The notes beneath the pieces are model-generated. The model did not search any database, was not told the DNA's origin, and saw nothing but the letters and a program-made list of their open reading frames with translations. A program made the position numbers and the translations under genes. 64,000 bases of DNA, taken from an uncultured cyanobacterium. Lineage in GTDB: Bacteria; Cyanobacteriota; Cyanobacteriia; Cyanobacteriales; Nostocaceae. Each line of letters begins with the position of its first letter. The first letter of the stretch is position 1. This document shows positions 21,231 through 30,886 of the stretch, piece after piece. The stretch covers positions 672,001 to 736,000 of the forward strand of contig CAVUDP010000004.1 in the NCBI GenBank assembly GCA_963740315.1, in the 5' to 3' direction.

Positions 21231-21535
21231 AATTTTAGATTTTAGATTTTAGATTTTGGATTGAAAGTTAGGAGTTAGGAGTGAGGAGTGAGGAGTTAGG
21301 AGTTAAGAGTTAAGAGTTAGGAGTTAGGAGTTAGAAGTTAGGAGTTAGAAGTTAAAAATAATTTCTTCCCCCTCTTCCCCCTCTTCCCCCTCTCCCCCTC
21401 TTCCCCCTCTTCCCCCTCTTCCCCCTCTCCCCCTCTTCCCCCTCTCCCCCATCACCCCATCACCCCATCACCCCATCATCCCATCTCCCCATCCCCTATC
21501 CCCCCATCATCCCATCTCCCCATCCCCTATCCCCT
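21231..21535. repeat. STRR tracts (ATTTTAG)n, (GAGTTAG)n and C-rich 8/9-mers
   Basis: Direct reading; the tract runs into the trmD 3' end. Confidence 0.88.
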
Positions 21536-22220
21536 TCTCGTCAAGCCATGCTTCATACAAATCGGGACGACGTTTGCGGGTTCTAATTATCTGTTGCTCG
21601 TAACGCCAACGGGCGATCGCTGCATGGTTGCCGGATAATAATACATCGGGGACTTTGCGATCGCCAAATATGGCGGGGCGGGTATATTGGGGATAGTCTA
21701 ATAATCCTTCTTCAAAACTTTCTAATTTTAAGGATTCTGCTTTTCCTACCGTTCCGGGAAGCAGACGTACTACACCATTCATTAAAGCCATTGATGGTAT
21801 TTCACCTCCGGTTAAAATGAAGTCTCCCAGGGAAACTTCGCGGGTGACTAAATCTAAAACTCGCTCATCCACTCCTTCGTAATGACCGCAAATTATCACT
21901 AATTGGTCGTAATCATCCGCCAATTCTCTTAATAAAGGCTGATTAATCGTTTGTCCTTGGGGACTCATCATAATGACTTCTCTTCGCCTCATTACTGGCA
22001 GCGATTCCACGGCGGAGAAAATGGGTCCTGGTTTCATTAACATCCCCACTCCTCCACCATAAGGTTCATCATCGACTTTCCGGTGCTTGTCGGTGGTAAA
22101 GTCTCGCGGATTGACAAAATGCACGTTGGCAATTTGTTTTGCTAAAGCTTTACCAATCAGTCCGGAACTAAGAACGGAAGTAAAACAATCGGGAAATAGC
22201 GTAACTATATCAAAACGCAC
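21507..22220 (-). CDS. trmD: tRNA (guanine37-N1)-methyltransferase
   Basis: VDDEPYGGG.GM, CGHYEGVDER, SLGDFILTGGE, YPQYTRP. Confidence 0.97.
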   Translation of the reverse strand: MRFDIVTLFPDCFTSVLSSGLIGKALAKQIANVHFVNPRDFTTDKHRKVDDEPYGGGVGMLMKPGPIFSAVESLPVMRRREVIMMSPQGQTINQPLLRELADDYDQLVIICGHYEGVDERVLDLVTREVSLGDFILTGGEIPSMALMNGVVRLLPGTVGKAESLKLESFEEGLLDYPQYTRPAIFGDRKVPDVLLSGNHAAIARWRYEQQIIRTRKRRPDLYEAWLDEKGIGDGEMG

Positions 22221-22453
22221 AGTATTTCGTATTGGAGGACACTATTCTGGAATTGAACTCGCTTGCGACGATGCAGAGGCGTTGTGGACTAGATTACATT
22301 TAAACTTTATTTAGAGTATATAAAAGTACTTAGGATAAGATTTTTTATGTTAAAAGGAAAGTTTTTCTAATTACTTAATTTATGTTTAAATATTGTCACA
22401 TCTAACTTTAAATTAAGATTCAAAAGGGCGTTAACAACATTCTCCGGAAGATT

Positions 22454-22496
22454 GTATCCTGTATTACGACAAAAGCACGTTAATATATAGTGCTTT
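22454..22496 (+). promoter_or_regulatory. cphB promoter region with an NtcA-type box
   Basis: GTA-TCCTGTAT-TAC at 22454-22467; TATAGT at 22486-22491 inside AAAGCAC-N11-GTGCTTT; NtcA control of cphBA is established in Anabaena. Confidence 0.5.
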
Positions 22497-22821
22497 ACCC
22501 GCCCGCACTTGTCCGTTCGGGCGGGTGCGGGAAACCAAAAAGGATAGGTGAAATAGGCGCTGCGTTAGCGATTCATAGGACAAGGGGCGTTCTTTAAGGG
22601 GCGTGTCTGTCAAAGCTTTAAGCGAAAAAGCTCAAAAGCACAAAAGCCAAAAGTAGGAGCCACGAAGGTGGAAACTCTTAGCGTCATAATTGCGATTAGG
22701 CTAAAAAGTAGGACATTCAAACATATTTTAATAAATCAAGAAATGTCCCATCGATCGTAAAAATTCGCGAACTGTCCGCGAAGTAATATTAACCGAGACG
22801 GTTGTTGACAGGAGAAAGACA
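22497..22821 (+). ncRNA. Candidate structured 5' leader RNA of cphB
   Basis: Multiple complementary segments seen (see findings); GC-richer than the flanking intergenic DNA; no ORF in the track. Confidence 0.45.
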
Positions 22822-23685
22822 ATGCGGCAACTAAAAGCTAAATGGCTGGAAATGACCACACCCCAAGCAACTAAAACCGCCGTTCTGGTTATTGGAGGCG
22901 CAGAAGATAAAGTTCACGGACGAGAAATTCTGCGGACTTTTGTAGACCGTGCTGGTGCAAGAGATGCCCATATTACTATCATTCCCTCTGCTTCTCGGGA
23001 ACCGAGTATTATTGGCGCTCGCTACGTAAATATTTTTGAAGATATGGGAGTAAAAAAGGTTGAAATATTAGATATTCGAGAGCGCGACCACGCTCACGAC
23101 CGTTACTTTAAGGAATCCCTTGAACAATGTAGCGGAGTTTTTTTGACTGGTGGCGACCAATTACGCCTTTGTGGTGTGTTAGCGGATACGCCAGTTATGG
23201 ATATTATCCGAGGGCGAGTCAAAACGGGAGAATTAACTTTAGCTGGTACCAGCGCCGGTGCTGCGGTGATGGGACACCATATGATTGCTGGAGGCGGTAG
23301 TGGAGAAACTCCCAATCGTTCTTTGGTAGATATGGCAACTGGTTTGGGATTTATCCCCGAATTGATTGTTGACCAGCATTTTCACAACCGCAATCGGATA
23401 GTACGTTTAATGAGCGCCATCGCTTCTCATCCCGATCGCTTGGGAATTGGCATTGATGAAGACACCTGTGCCATGTTTGAAAAAGATGGTTGGCTCGAAG
23501 TTATGGGCAAAGGGGCGGTAACAATTATCGATTCAAGCGAACTCACTCATACCAACGAACCTCGTGTCGGAGCAACCGAACCCTTGAGCCTCCACAACCT
23601 ACGAGTACATATTCTCAGTCATGGCGATCGCTATCATCTGTACGGGCGTACCGTAATACCAGCTGATTGGCGAATATCGAGCTGA
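22822..23685 (+). CDS. cphB: Cyanophycinase
   Basis: IGGAEDK, TGGDQLRL, GTSAGAA catalytic Ser, DQHF..RNR, GIGIDEDT. Confidence 0.96.
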   Translation: MRQLKAKWLEMTTPQATKTAVLVIGGAEDKVHGREILRTFVDRAGARDAHITIIPSASREPSIIGARYVNIFEDMGVKKVEILDIRERDHAHDRYFKESLEQCSGVFLTGGDQLRLCGVLADTPVMDIIRGRVKTGELTLAGTSAGAAVMGHHMIAGGGSGETPNRSLVDMATGLGFIPELIVDQHFHNRNRIVRLMSAIASHPDRLGIGIDEDTCAMFEKDGWLEVMGKGAVTIIDSSELTHTNEPRVGATEPLSLHNLRVHILSHGDRYHLYGRTVIPADWRISS

Positions 23686-23693
23686 ACGAAAAA

Positions 23694-23943
23694 ATTTTAG
23701 ATTTTAGATTTTAGATTTTAGATTTTGCGGAAAGTTTGGGGTGTAGATGTTCTTCCCCCAAAACTTTCCTGCTCCAGATTTTGGATTGGATTATGAATGG
23801 TTTGGAGCCAAAACGTTTGAACTCGGTCATAAATTTAAATACGTCCGAAAAACAAGCGTTAGACTAACCCGATATGGGGTAATGTGGCTTCAATAATTTC
23901 AGCATTTTCAACAATCTAAAATCGTAAATCCAAAATCCAAAAT
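23694..23943. repeat. MITE-like insert bounded by inverted heptamer tracts
   Basis: (ATTTTAG/ATTTTGG)n on the left, (CTAAAAT/CCAAAAT)n on the right; internal hairpin GGAAAGTTT..AAACTTTCC. Confidence 0.55.
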
Positions 23944-24129
23944 TGAGTGACGGGAATACGTATGTGTGGTTACACTGGGTTGACCGCAAATTTTTATTGC
24001 ACCATAAAGGCAGAAAAAGTCACAATAATACAAATAAGGAATAAAAAAACTGTTATTCACGAACAGTTATGCGGTCAATTCCAGTACGAAACTATAATTT
24101 TGGTTCCGAATCTCCATCTACCCATAATC

Positions 24130-26829
24130 ATGAGAATCCTCAAGATACAGACTTTACGCGGTCCAAATTACTGGAGCATTCGACGCCACAAGTTAATTGT
24201 CATGCGCCTTGATTTAGAAAACCTTGCCGAAACGCCTTCAAATGAAGTCCCTGGCTTTTATGAGGGATTAGTAGAGGCTCTACCCAGTTTGGAAGGTCAC
24301 TACTGTTCTCCTGGCTGTCGTGGCGGTTTTCTGATGCGGGTTCGTGAAGGCACTATGATGGGTCATATTGCCGAACACGTGGCGTTAGAGCTTCAGGAAT
24401 TAGCCGGAATGCATGTGGGTTTTGGACGCACCCGCGAAACTTCAACTCCGGGAACTTATCAAGTAGTTTTTGAATATTTAAATGAGGAAGCCGGACGTTA
24501 TGCGGCAAGGGCTGCGGTCAGGCTTTGTCAAAGTATCGTCGATCGCGGTCGCTATCCCAAAGCTGAGTTAGAGCAAGATTTGGAAGACATCCGAGACTAT
24601 TGGCGCGATGCTGCTTTAGGACCTTCTACTGAATCAATTGTTGATGAAGCTAAAAAACGAGGTATCCCCTGGATGCCTTTGGGTTCTAGATATTTGATTC
24701 AACTCGGTTACGGCGTGCAGCAAAAGCGCATCCAAGCCACGATGACGGCTAATACCGGCATTTTAGGTGTAGAACTTGCTTGCGATAAGGAAGCGACTAA
24801 GTGCGTTCTAGCCAACTGTGGGGTATCCGTACCTAGAGGTTCGGTAATCAACTTCTTCGACGATTTGGAAGACGCAGTTAGTAATGTTGGCGGCTATCCT
24901 ATTGTGATTAAGCCAGTTGACGGCAACCACGGACGCGGTATCACTATTGATATCAGAAGTTGGGAAGAAGCTGAAGCGGCTTATGATGCTGCCAGAGCCG
25001 TTTCGCGAGCGGTAATTGTTGAGAAATTTTACGTCGGGCGCGACCATCGCGTATTAGTGGTTGATGGTAAAGTTGTTGCCGTTTCCGAACGAGTACCGGC
25101 TCATGTAGTCGGTGACGGTAGATCAACTATTGCCGAACTGGTTGAAGAAACCAATAAAGACCCAAATCGCGGTGACGGTCACGATAACGTTCTGACGCGG
25201 ATTATTTTAGACCGCAATAGTTACGCTTTAATGGAAAGGCAGGGACATACCCTTGATAGCGTTTTAAATAAAAATGAAATTTGTTATTTACGAGCAACAG
25301 CGAATTTATCTACAGGTGGTATAGCCGTAGATCGGACTGATGAAATTCATCCAGAAAATGCTTGGTTAGCTTCTCGGATAGTTAAAATAATCGGATTGGA
25401 TATCGCCGGAATTGATATTGTTACCACCGATATTAGTCGTCCTTTAAGAGAAACGGATGGGGTAGTTGTAGAAGTAAATGCAGCACCCGGATTCCGGATG
25501 CACGTTGCTCCGAGTCAAGGTATTCCCCGCAATGTTGCCGCCTCTGTTATAGATATGCTGTTCCCCGCCGATAAGACTACTCGTGTACCGATTATCAGCG
25601 TTACCGGCACCAATGGTAAAACTACTACTACTAGGTTGCTGGCACATATTTTCAAACAAACCAATAAAGTAATCGGATATACAACGACCGATGGCACTTA
25701 CATCGGAGAATACTTAGTAGAAGCCGGAGATAACACCGGACCCCAAAGCGCTCAATTGATATTGCAAGACCCGACGGTAGAAGTTGCCGTGTTAGAAACA
25801 GCACGCGGGGGTGTCCTGAGATCGGGATTAGGTTTTGAAGCATCGAATGTAGGTGTAGTGCTTAATGTTGCTGCCGATCATTTAGGTTTGGGCGATATTG
25901 ATACCATCGACCAGTTGTCCCATTTGAAGAGTGTAGTTGCAGAAGCGGTATATCCCGATGGCTATGCAGTATTAAACGCCGACGATCCAAGAGTTGCTGC
26001 AATGGCAGAAAGGACAAAAGCGAATATTGCTTACTTCACCATGAATCCGCAATCGGAATTAGTTAGGGGGCATATTGAAAAAGGTGGAGTGGCAGCGATT
26101 TATGAAAATGGCTTTTTGTCCATCTTCAAAGGGGATTGGACTCATCCCATAGAAAAAGTAGATAATATTCCTTTAACAATGGGTGGACGTGCGCCGTTTA
26201 TGATTGCTAACGCTTTAGCAGCATCATTAGCAGCTTTCGTTCAAAACGTTTCTATAGAAGAAATTCGGGCTGGTTTAAACACCTTCCGCGCTTCGGTGAA
26301 TCAAACTCCGGGACGGATGAATTTATTTAACTTGGGTAAACACCACGCTTTAATAGATTACGCACATAACCCCGCCTCTTATGAAGCGTTAGGCGAATTT
26401 GTACGTAACTGGACATCCGGACAGCGGATTGGTGTAATTGGCGGACCTGGCGATCGCCGCGACGAAGATTTCGTGATGTTAGGTAAATTAGCATCTTCGA
26501 TTTTCGATTGCATCATCATTAAGGAAGATGACGACACGCGAGGAAGACAACGGGGTTCGGCTGCGGATTTAATTACTCAAGGCATTAGGGAAGCAAACCC
26601 AGATTGCCTGCATGAAATAGTTTTGGATGAAACAGAAGCGATTAATAAAGCTTTGGATTTAGCCCCAGATGACAGTTTGGTGGTAATTTTACCAGAAACC
26701 GTTAGTCGTGCCATTAAATTAATTAAAGCTAGGGGTGTAATTGAAGAAGAAATAGAACCGAAGCTTAATAGCCCGACTCCCCAAGATAAACAAGTAGGAG
26801 AGATATCTTCGGTATTAAATTCCTTGTGA
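24130..26829 (+). CDS. cphA: Cyanophycin synthetase
   Basis: MRILKIQTLRGPNYWS start (re-called at 24130), ATP-grasp KP.DGNHGRG, Mur-ligase VTGTNGKTTT, DYAHNP. Confidence 0.97.
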   Translation: MRILKIQTLRGPNYWSIRRHKLIVMRLDLENLAETPSNEVPGFYEGLVEALPSLEGHYCSPGCRGGFLMRVREGTMMGHIAEHVALELQELAGMHVGFGRTRETSTPGTYQVVFEYLNEEAGRYAARAAVRLCQSIVDRGRYPKAELEQDLEDIRDYWRDAALGPSTESIVDEAKKRGIPWMPLGSRYLIQLGYGVQQKRIQATMTANTGILGVELACDKEATKCVLANCGVSVPRGSVINFFDDLEDAVSNVGGYPIVIKPVDGNHGRGITIDIRSWEEAEAAYDAARAVSRAVIVEKFYVGRDHRVLVVDGKVVAVSERVPAHVVGDGRSTIAELVEETNKDPNRGDGHDNVLTRIILDRNSYALMERQGHTLDSVLNKNEICYLRATANLSTGGIAVDRTDEIHPENAWLASRIVKIIGLDIAGIDIVTTDISRPLRETDGVVVEVNAAPGFRMHVAPSQGIPRNVAASVIDMLFPADKTTRVPIISVTGTNGKTTTTRLLAHIFKQTNKVIGYTTTDGTYIGEYLVEAGDNTGPQSAQLILQDPTVEVAVLETARGGVLRSGLGFEASNVGVVLNVAADHLGLGDIDTIDQLSHLKSVVAEAVYPDGYAVLNADDPRVAAMAERTKANIAYFTMNPQSELVRGHIEKGGVAAIYENGFLSIFKGDWTHPIEKVDNIPLTMGGRAPFMIANALAASLAAFVQNVSIEEIRAGLNTFRASVNQTPGRMNLFNLGKHHALIDYAHNPASYEALGEFVRNWTSGQRIGVIGGPGDRRDEDFVMLGKLASSIFDCIIIKEDDDTRGRQRGSAADLITQGIREANPDCLHEIVLDETEAINKALDLAPDDSLVVILPETVSRAIKLIKARGVIEEEIEPKLNSPTPQDKQVGEISSVLNSL

Positions 26830-26902
26830 AGGAACGATGAGTAAAGAGTTATAAATTGCGATTACCGTCAGAATTTATGACTTTTTACCCATCACTCTTT
26901 AT

Positions 26903-27085
26903 TTATCGATATTCTTGGTCATTTTCGTTACCATTCTCATCGTCCGAAGACTCCTTTAATTCTTCCTTAAAACCCCGCAGAGTTTTTCCCAATGCGCTTC
27001 CCAACTCAGGAATCTTTTTTGGTCCAAAAATCAAAATCGCCACAACCGCAATTACAGCCATTTCCGGAAAACCCAATCCAAACAT
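26903..27085 (-). CDS. tatA: Twin-arginine translocase TatA/E
   Basis: MFGLG.PE...IFGPKKIPELG.ALGK.LRGFK. Confidence 0.93.
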   Translation of the reverse strand: MFGLGFPEMAVIAVVAILIFGPKKIPELGSALGKTLRGFKEELKESSDDENGNENDQEYR

Positions 27086-27245
27086 AGCGCCTCTTTAAAC
27101 GAATATTCTTTCTATATAGTAGATTGCGGGTGTAGATATATGTAGGGTGCCCTAAACTCAAAACTTATTTATTGTTCTGGTAAAACTTTTTTGTTCTGAA
27201 AATAGGTTCTGAAGTTACTTAAGATATTGTGTTGTCATATCCCAA

Positions 27246-28730
27246 CTACTCTAAAGTAACGGGTAAATTCAACCAATCGCTTAACTCAGAAGCTAACCAT
27301 TCAAGTTCGGATTCGTTTACTATCGGACCACCATCTTGAAATTTATATTTACATACTCCGGTACTAATGATTAATTGAGCAAAGATTTGTGTTTTCTCAC
27401 CATTAGAATCTTTGACAAAATGTCTCGGAATATAAGTTAATTTATTGATATCTTTTTTATCCGATACCCTTGGAAGTTGGAATTTTAATCCTAATAGTTC
27501 GTAAAATTTACTAATTCGCTCGTTGTTTAAACTTAATCGAATTCCAAACAGCGAAAATACAAAACTGTACATTAAAAAGAAACCAGAACCCCAAAAAGGT
27601 AGAGAAAGAACGAATAATAGTAAATCGATCGGAAAAACGCCGCTACTAACAGCGCCAATCGTCCACAATAAAGTTAATGAATTCCAAGCAGTCGCAAATA
27701 AACCTAAGAATATCAATGATGGGTGAAAGCCGATTGCAGGAATCAGTATTTCTAAGTTATCTTCGCCTTTATGGAGTGTAATTCTGCTTCCAGATGGTTT
27801 AGTAACTTTGAGTGCGTTGGAATTAAACTTATCAAAGCTGTTTACTAATAATTGCTGATTTTTGGGAATCCAGTTTTTACCATTCCAATACCAACTACCT
27901 GAAATAAGTTTAGTAAATGATGGTTTTAGCTGTTGTAGCGCTGATAATGCTTGACGTGCAGATTTTATTCGGGTTTCTAAAGTGGGTTCGGTAGTAGCTC
28001 TCAACCATTGAGTAAATTCGGGACTCAAAGAAGTCAAATGCTCAAACTGGATGCGTCCATTACGAAGAGGTAAATCTGCTGGATGGGTACCCGTTACCAA
28101 GTAAATCAACGTCGCACCCAAACTGTAAATATCCGAAGCTGGTACGGTGCGATCGCCAAATTGTTCGAGGGGCATATATCCGTAAGTTCCAACTACAGTA
28201 CGGGTACCAAACTCTTTAACCGTAGCGCCTTGTATTGAACCAAAGTCAATTAAATGTATATCTCCGAGGCGATCGCCAGTTCTATCTGCTAACAAAATAT
28301 TACTTGGTTTGATATCGCGATGAATAACTGGTGGAGAAACCGAATGTAAATAAATTAAGATATCTAACAGTTTTATACCAATTTGTTTAACTTCTGCTTC
28401 TGTAAAAGTACGTCCCGATTTTATATGTTGTTCTAAAGTTTGCGCCGGAATATAAGTTTGTGCCAGAGCAAATCCACATAGTGGTTGTTGGATTTCAAAA
28501 TAATCTATGTATCTGGGAATACAGGTATGTGATAATTTTTTTAACGTCCGCGCTTCCCGCTCAAATAACTTGAGATCGTCCCATTCAAAATCACTGTTAA
28601 AGCAAAGCAACTTAATTACAACCAGTTCAAGAGCTTGTAAATCGCGGACTTTAAAAGTTCTTCGTCCAGTCTTTTTTCCTAACAGAGAAACTATTTCATA
28701 GCGATTAGCCAATACCTCACCAATCATCAC
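27246..28730 (-). CDS. Ser/Thr protein kinase with C-terminal transmembrane region
   Basis: VVIK, HRDIKPSN, DFG, GTYGYMPLEQ, SDIYSLG; two hydrophobic helices near the C-terminus. Confidence 0.92.
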   Translation of the reverse strand: MMIGEVLANRYEIVSLLGKKTGRRTFKVRDLQALELVVIKLLCFNSDFEWDDLKLFEREARTLKKLSHTCIPRYIDYFEIQQPLCGFALAQTYIPAQTLEQHIKSGRTFTEAEVKQIGIKLLDILIYLHSVSPPVIHRDIKPSNILLADRTGDRLGDIHLIDFGSIQGATVKEFGTRTVVGTYGYMPLEQFGDRTVPASDIYSLGATLIYLVTGTHPADLPLRNGRIQFEHLTSLSPEFTQWLRATTEPTLETRIKSARQALSALQQLKPSFTKLISGSWYWNGKNWIPKNQQLLVNSFDKFNSNALKVTKPSGSRITLHKGEDNLEILIPAIGFHPSLIFLGLFATAWNSLTLLWTIGAVSSGVFPIDLLLFVLSLPFWGSGFFLMYSFVFSLFGIRLSLNNERISKFYELLGLKFQLPRVSDKKDINKLTYIPRHFVKDSNGEKTQIFAQLIISTGVCKYKFQDGGPIVNESELEWLASELSDWLNLPVTLE

Positions 28731-28948
28731 GTACCCCCAGTTGAGCTTTAATACTCGGACAAACGAATCACCGAATTTTAGATTTTAAAGAAAGGATTAT
28801 GTATGTAAGATTCAAAATCCTTTCGTAAAAAAAGGTCTTAGCCCCGAATTTATTCGTGGAATAATTCTATTATCCAAAATTGTCTGACGGTTATAGAAAT
28901 ATTGTTACAGCTCCAAACGAATTATTATATCTAATTCAACTTATTATT

Positions 28949-29548
28949 ATGACGAAGTTGTGGCCTTACATTACTCCAGGAATTCCAGATGAATTATTCG
29001 AGCGTTTGCCGGGAATCCCCTTAAGTAAGCGAGAAATCCGATTGTTACTTATTTCGCAACTGCGATTGCAATCTGAAGACGTACTGTGGGATATTGGTGC
29101 GGGTACGGGTACAATTGCCATTGAAGTCGGGTTATTGTGTCCCCAAGGAAGAATTATCGCCGTAGAAAGAGATCAAGAAGTAGCCAATCTGATCCGTCAC
29201 AATTGCGATCGCTTTGAAGTCAAAAACGTAGAAGTAATTGAAGGTAGCGCACCCGAATGCTTGCACGATCTTAAAGATACACCCCAACGGGTTTGCATTG
29301 AAGGAGGGCGTTATGTCACCGAAATTCTACAAACGGTATGGAACTACTTACCGTCACACGGTCGAGTAGTAGCAACAGCTGCTAATCTAGAAAGTCTGTA
29401 TGCCGTTTCCCAAAGCTTCGCGACTTTGCAAGCGAGAAACGTTGAAGTTGTTCAATCTGCCGTTAACCGCCTCGAAACGCGGGGTTTTAGCCAAACCTTC
29501 ACAGCCGTAGACCCAATTTTTATTCTTAGCGGCGAAAAGTTAGATTGA
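28949..29548 (+). CDS. cbiT: Precorrin-6Y C5,15-methyltransferase (decarboxylating) subunit
   Basis: PGIPDELF...PLSKRE.R, WDIGAGTG, EGSAPE; start re-called at ATG 28949. Confidence 0.9.
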   Translation: MTKLWPYITPGIPDELFERLPGIPLSKREIRLLLISQLRLQSEDVLWDIGAGTGTIAIEVGLLCPQGRIIAVERDQEVANLIRHNCDRFEVKNVEVIEGSAPECLHDLKDTPQRVCIEGGRYVTEILQTVWNYLPSHGRVVATAANLESLYAVSQSFATLQARNVEVVQSAVNRLETRGFSQTFTAVDPIFILSGEKLD

Positions 29549-29553
29549 TAAAA

Positions 29554-29750
29554 AGGGGTATGGGGAGATGGGGTAGAGGGGGAAGAGGGGGTAGAGGGGG
29601 TAGCAAATTCTTAACTACTAACTTCTAACTCAATACTCATAACTCATAACTCATAACTCATAACTCATAACTCATAACTCATAACTCATAACTCATAACT
29701 CAATACTCAATACTCTCAATCTAATATCTAAAATCCAAAATCCAAAATTC
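29554..29750. repeat. STRR tracts (G-rich, (TAACTCA)n, (CCAAAAT)n)
   Basis: Direct reading. Confidence 0.88.
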
Positions 29751-29758
29751 TATAGTCT

Positions 29759-30643
29759 ATGTCTTTGTCTCGGATTTTAAGTGGAATTATTGCGATCGCC
29801 CTCGCTTTGGGTGGCACTATTTTGGGAGGATGGTATTTTACATTTTTTTATGTAATCATCATCTTTCTAGGGCAGCGAGAATATTTTAATTTAGTACGAG
29901 CCAAAGGCATTGCTCCAGCAGGCAAGATTACAATGGTTGTCAGTCAAGTTTTGTTAGCAATTTGCACCTTTGATAGCAACTTAGCTGACGCTGTAATGCC
30001 ACTAGCCGGTACATTTATTTGTTTTTACCTGTTATTTCAGCCGAAAATGGCATCAATAGCCGATATTTCCGCTTCAATTCTCGGCTTATTCTATACGGGA
30101 TATTTACCGAGTTACTGGGTACGGTTGCGAGCCATTGATACTGCAAATTTCAGCAATCTACCTTTGGGAGGTTATTTTCCACCTTCTCTAACAGCATTTA
30201 TAGGTAGAGAAAATTTTTCCGCCTTACCGTTGGGATTAGGTGCAACCTTACTTACCTTCATGTGTATTTGGGCTGCTGATATCGGCGCTTATTTCGTCGG
30301 TAAATATTTTGGGAAAACACCTTTATCAGGTATCAGCCCTAAGAAAACTGTAGAGGGAGCAATTTTCGGAATTTCGGCAAGCGTTGCAGTCGGAATTGCA
30401 GTAGCTTACTACATTGATTTGCCCGAATTTTATCTTACAGGTGCTGCATTAGGCTCGTTAATTGGTATTGCCAGTCTGTTAGGCGACTTAACAGAGTCCA
30501 TGCTCAAACGCGATGCAGGAGTTAAAGATTCAGGAGACTTAATTCCCGGTCATGGAGGAATATTAGACCGTACCGACAGCTACATTTTCACCGCTCCATT
30601 AGTTTACTACTTCATCACCCTGCTATTGCCGCTGCTTGGTTGA
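29759..30643 (+). CDS. cdsA: Phosphatidate cytidylyltransferase
   Basis: ISPKKTVEG, ESMLKRDAGVKDSG..IPGHGGILDR.DS signature. Confidence 0.96.
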   Translation: MSLSRILSGIIAIALALGGTILGGWYFTFFYVIIIFLGQREYFNLVRAKGIAPAGKITMVVSQVLLAICTFDSNLADAVMPLAGTFICFYLLFQPKMASIADISASILGLFYTGYLPSYWVRLRAIDTANFSNLPLGGYFPPSLTAFIGRENFSALPLGLGATLLTFMCIWAADIGAYFVGKYFGKTPLSGISPKKTVEGAIFGISASVAVGIAVAYYIDLPEFYLTGAALGSLIGIASLLGDLTESMLKRDAGVKDSGDLIPGHGGILDRTDSYIFTAPLVYYFITLLLPLLG

Positions 30644-30645
30644 AA

Positions 30646-30826
30646 TGGGGAGAGGGGGAGATGGGGAGAGGGGGAGATGGGGAGAGGGGGAGATGGGGAG
30701 ATAGGGAGATAGGGAGATAGGGAGATAGGGAGATAGGGAGATAAAAAGAATTTTAACCTTTAACCTTTAACCTTTAACCTTTGACCTTAATTACTCCTAA
30801 CTCCTAACTATTCCCAATCCCCAATT
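30646..30826. repeat. STRR tracts (GGGGAGA.)n, (AGGGAGAT)n, (TAACCTT)n
   Basis: Direct reading; between convergent genes. Confidence 0.85.
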
Positions 30827-30886
30827 CCATAATAAAATTCGTTAAAAAAGAATAATTTTTTACCTCAATTATCTATTAAGTGTTGA

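Noticed and set aside
22745..22805. glnA-type glutamine riboswitch
   Set aside because: Only fragmentary resemblance (ATCGT...GAAGTA); the three-stem junction could not be built
23947..24129. 61-aa N-terminal extension of CphA
   Set aside because: The conserved CphA start is MRILK at 24130; the upstream region looks like a structured leader
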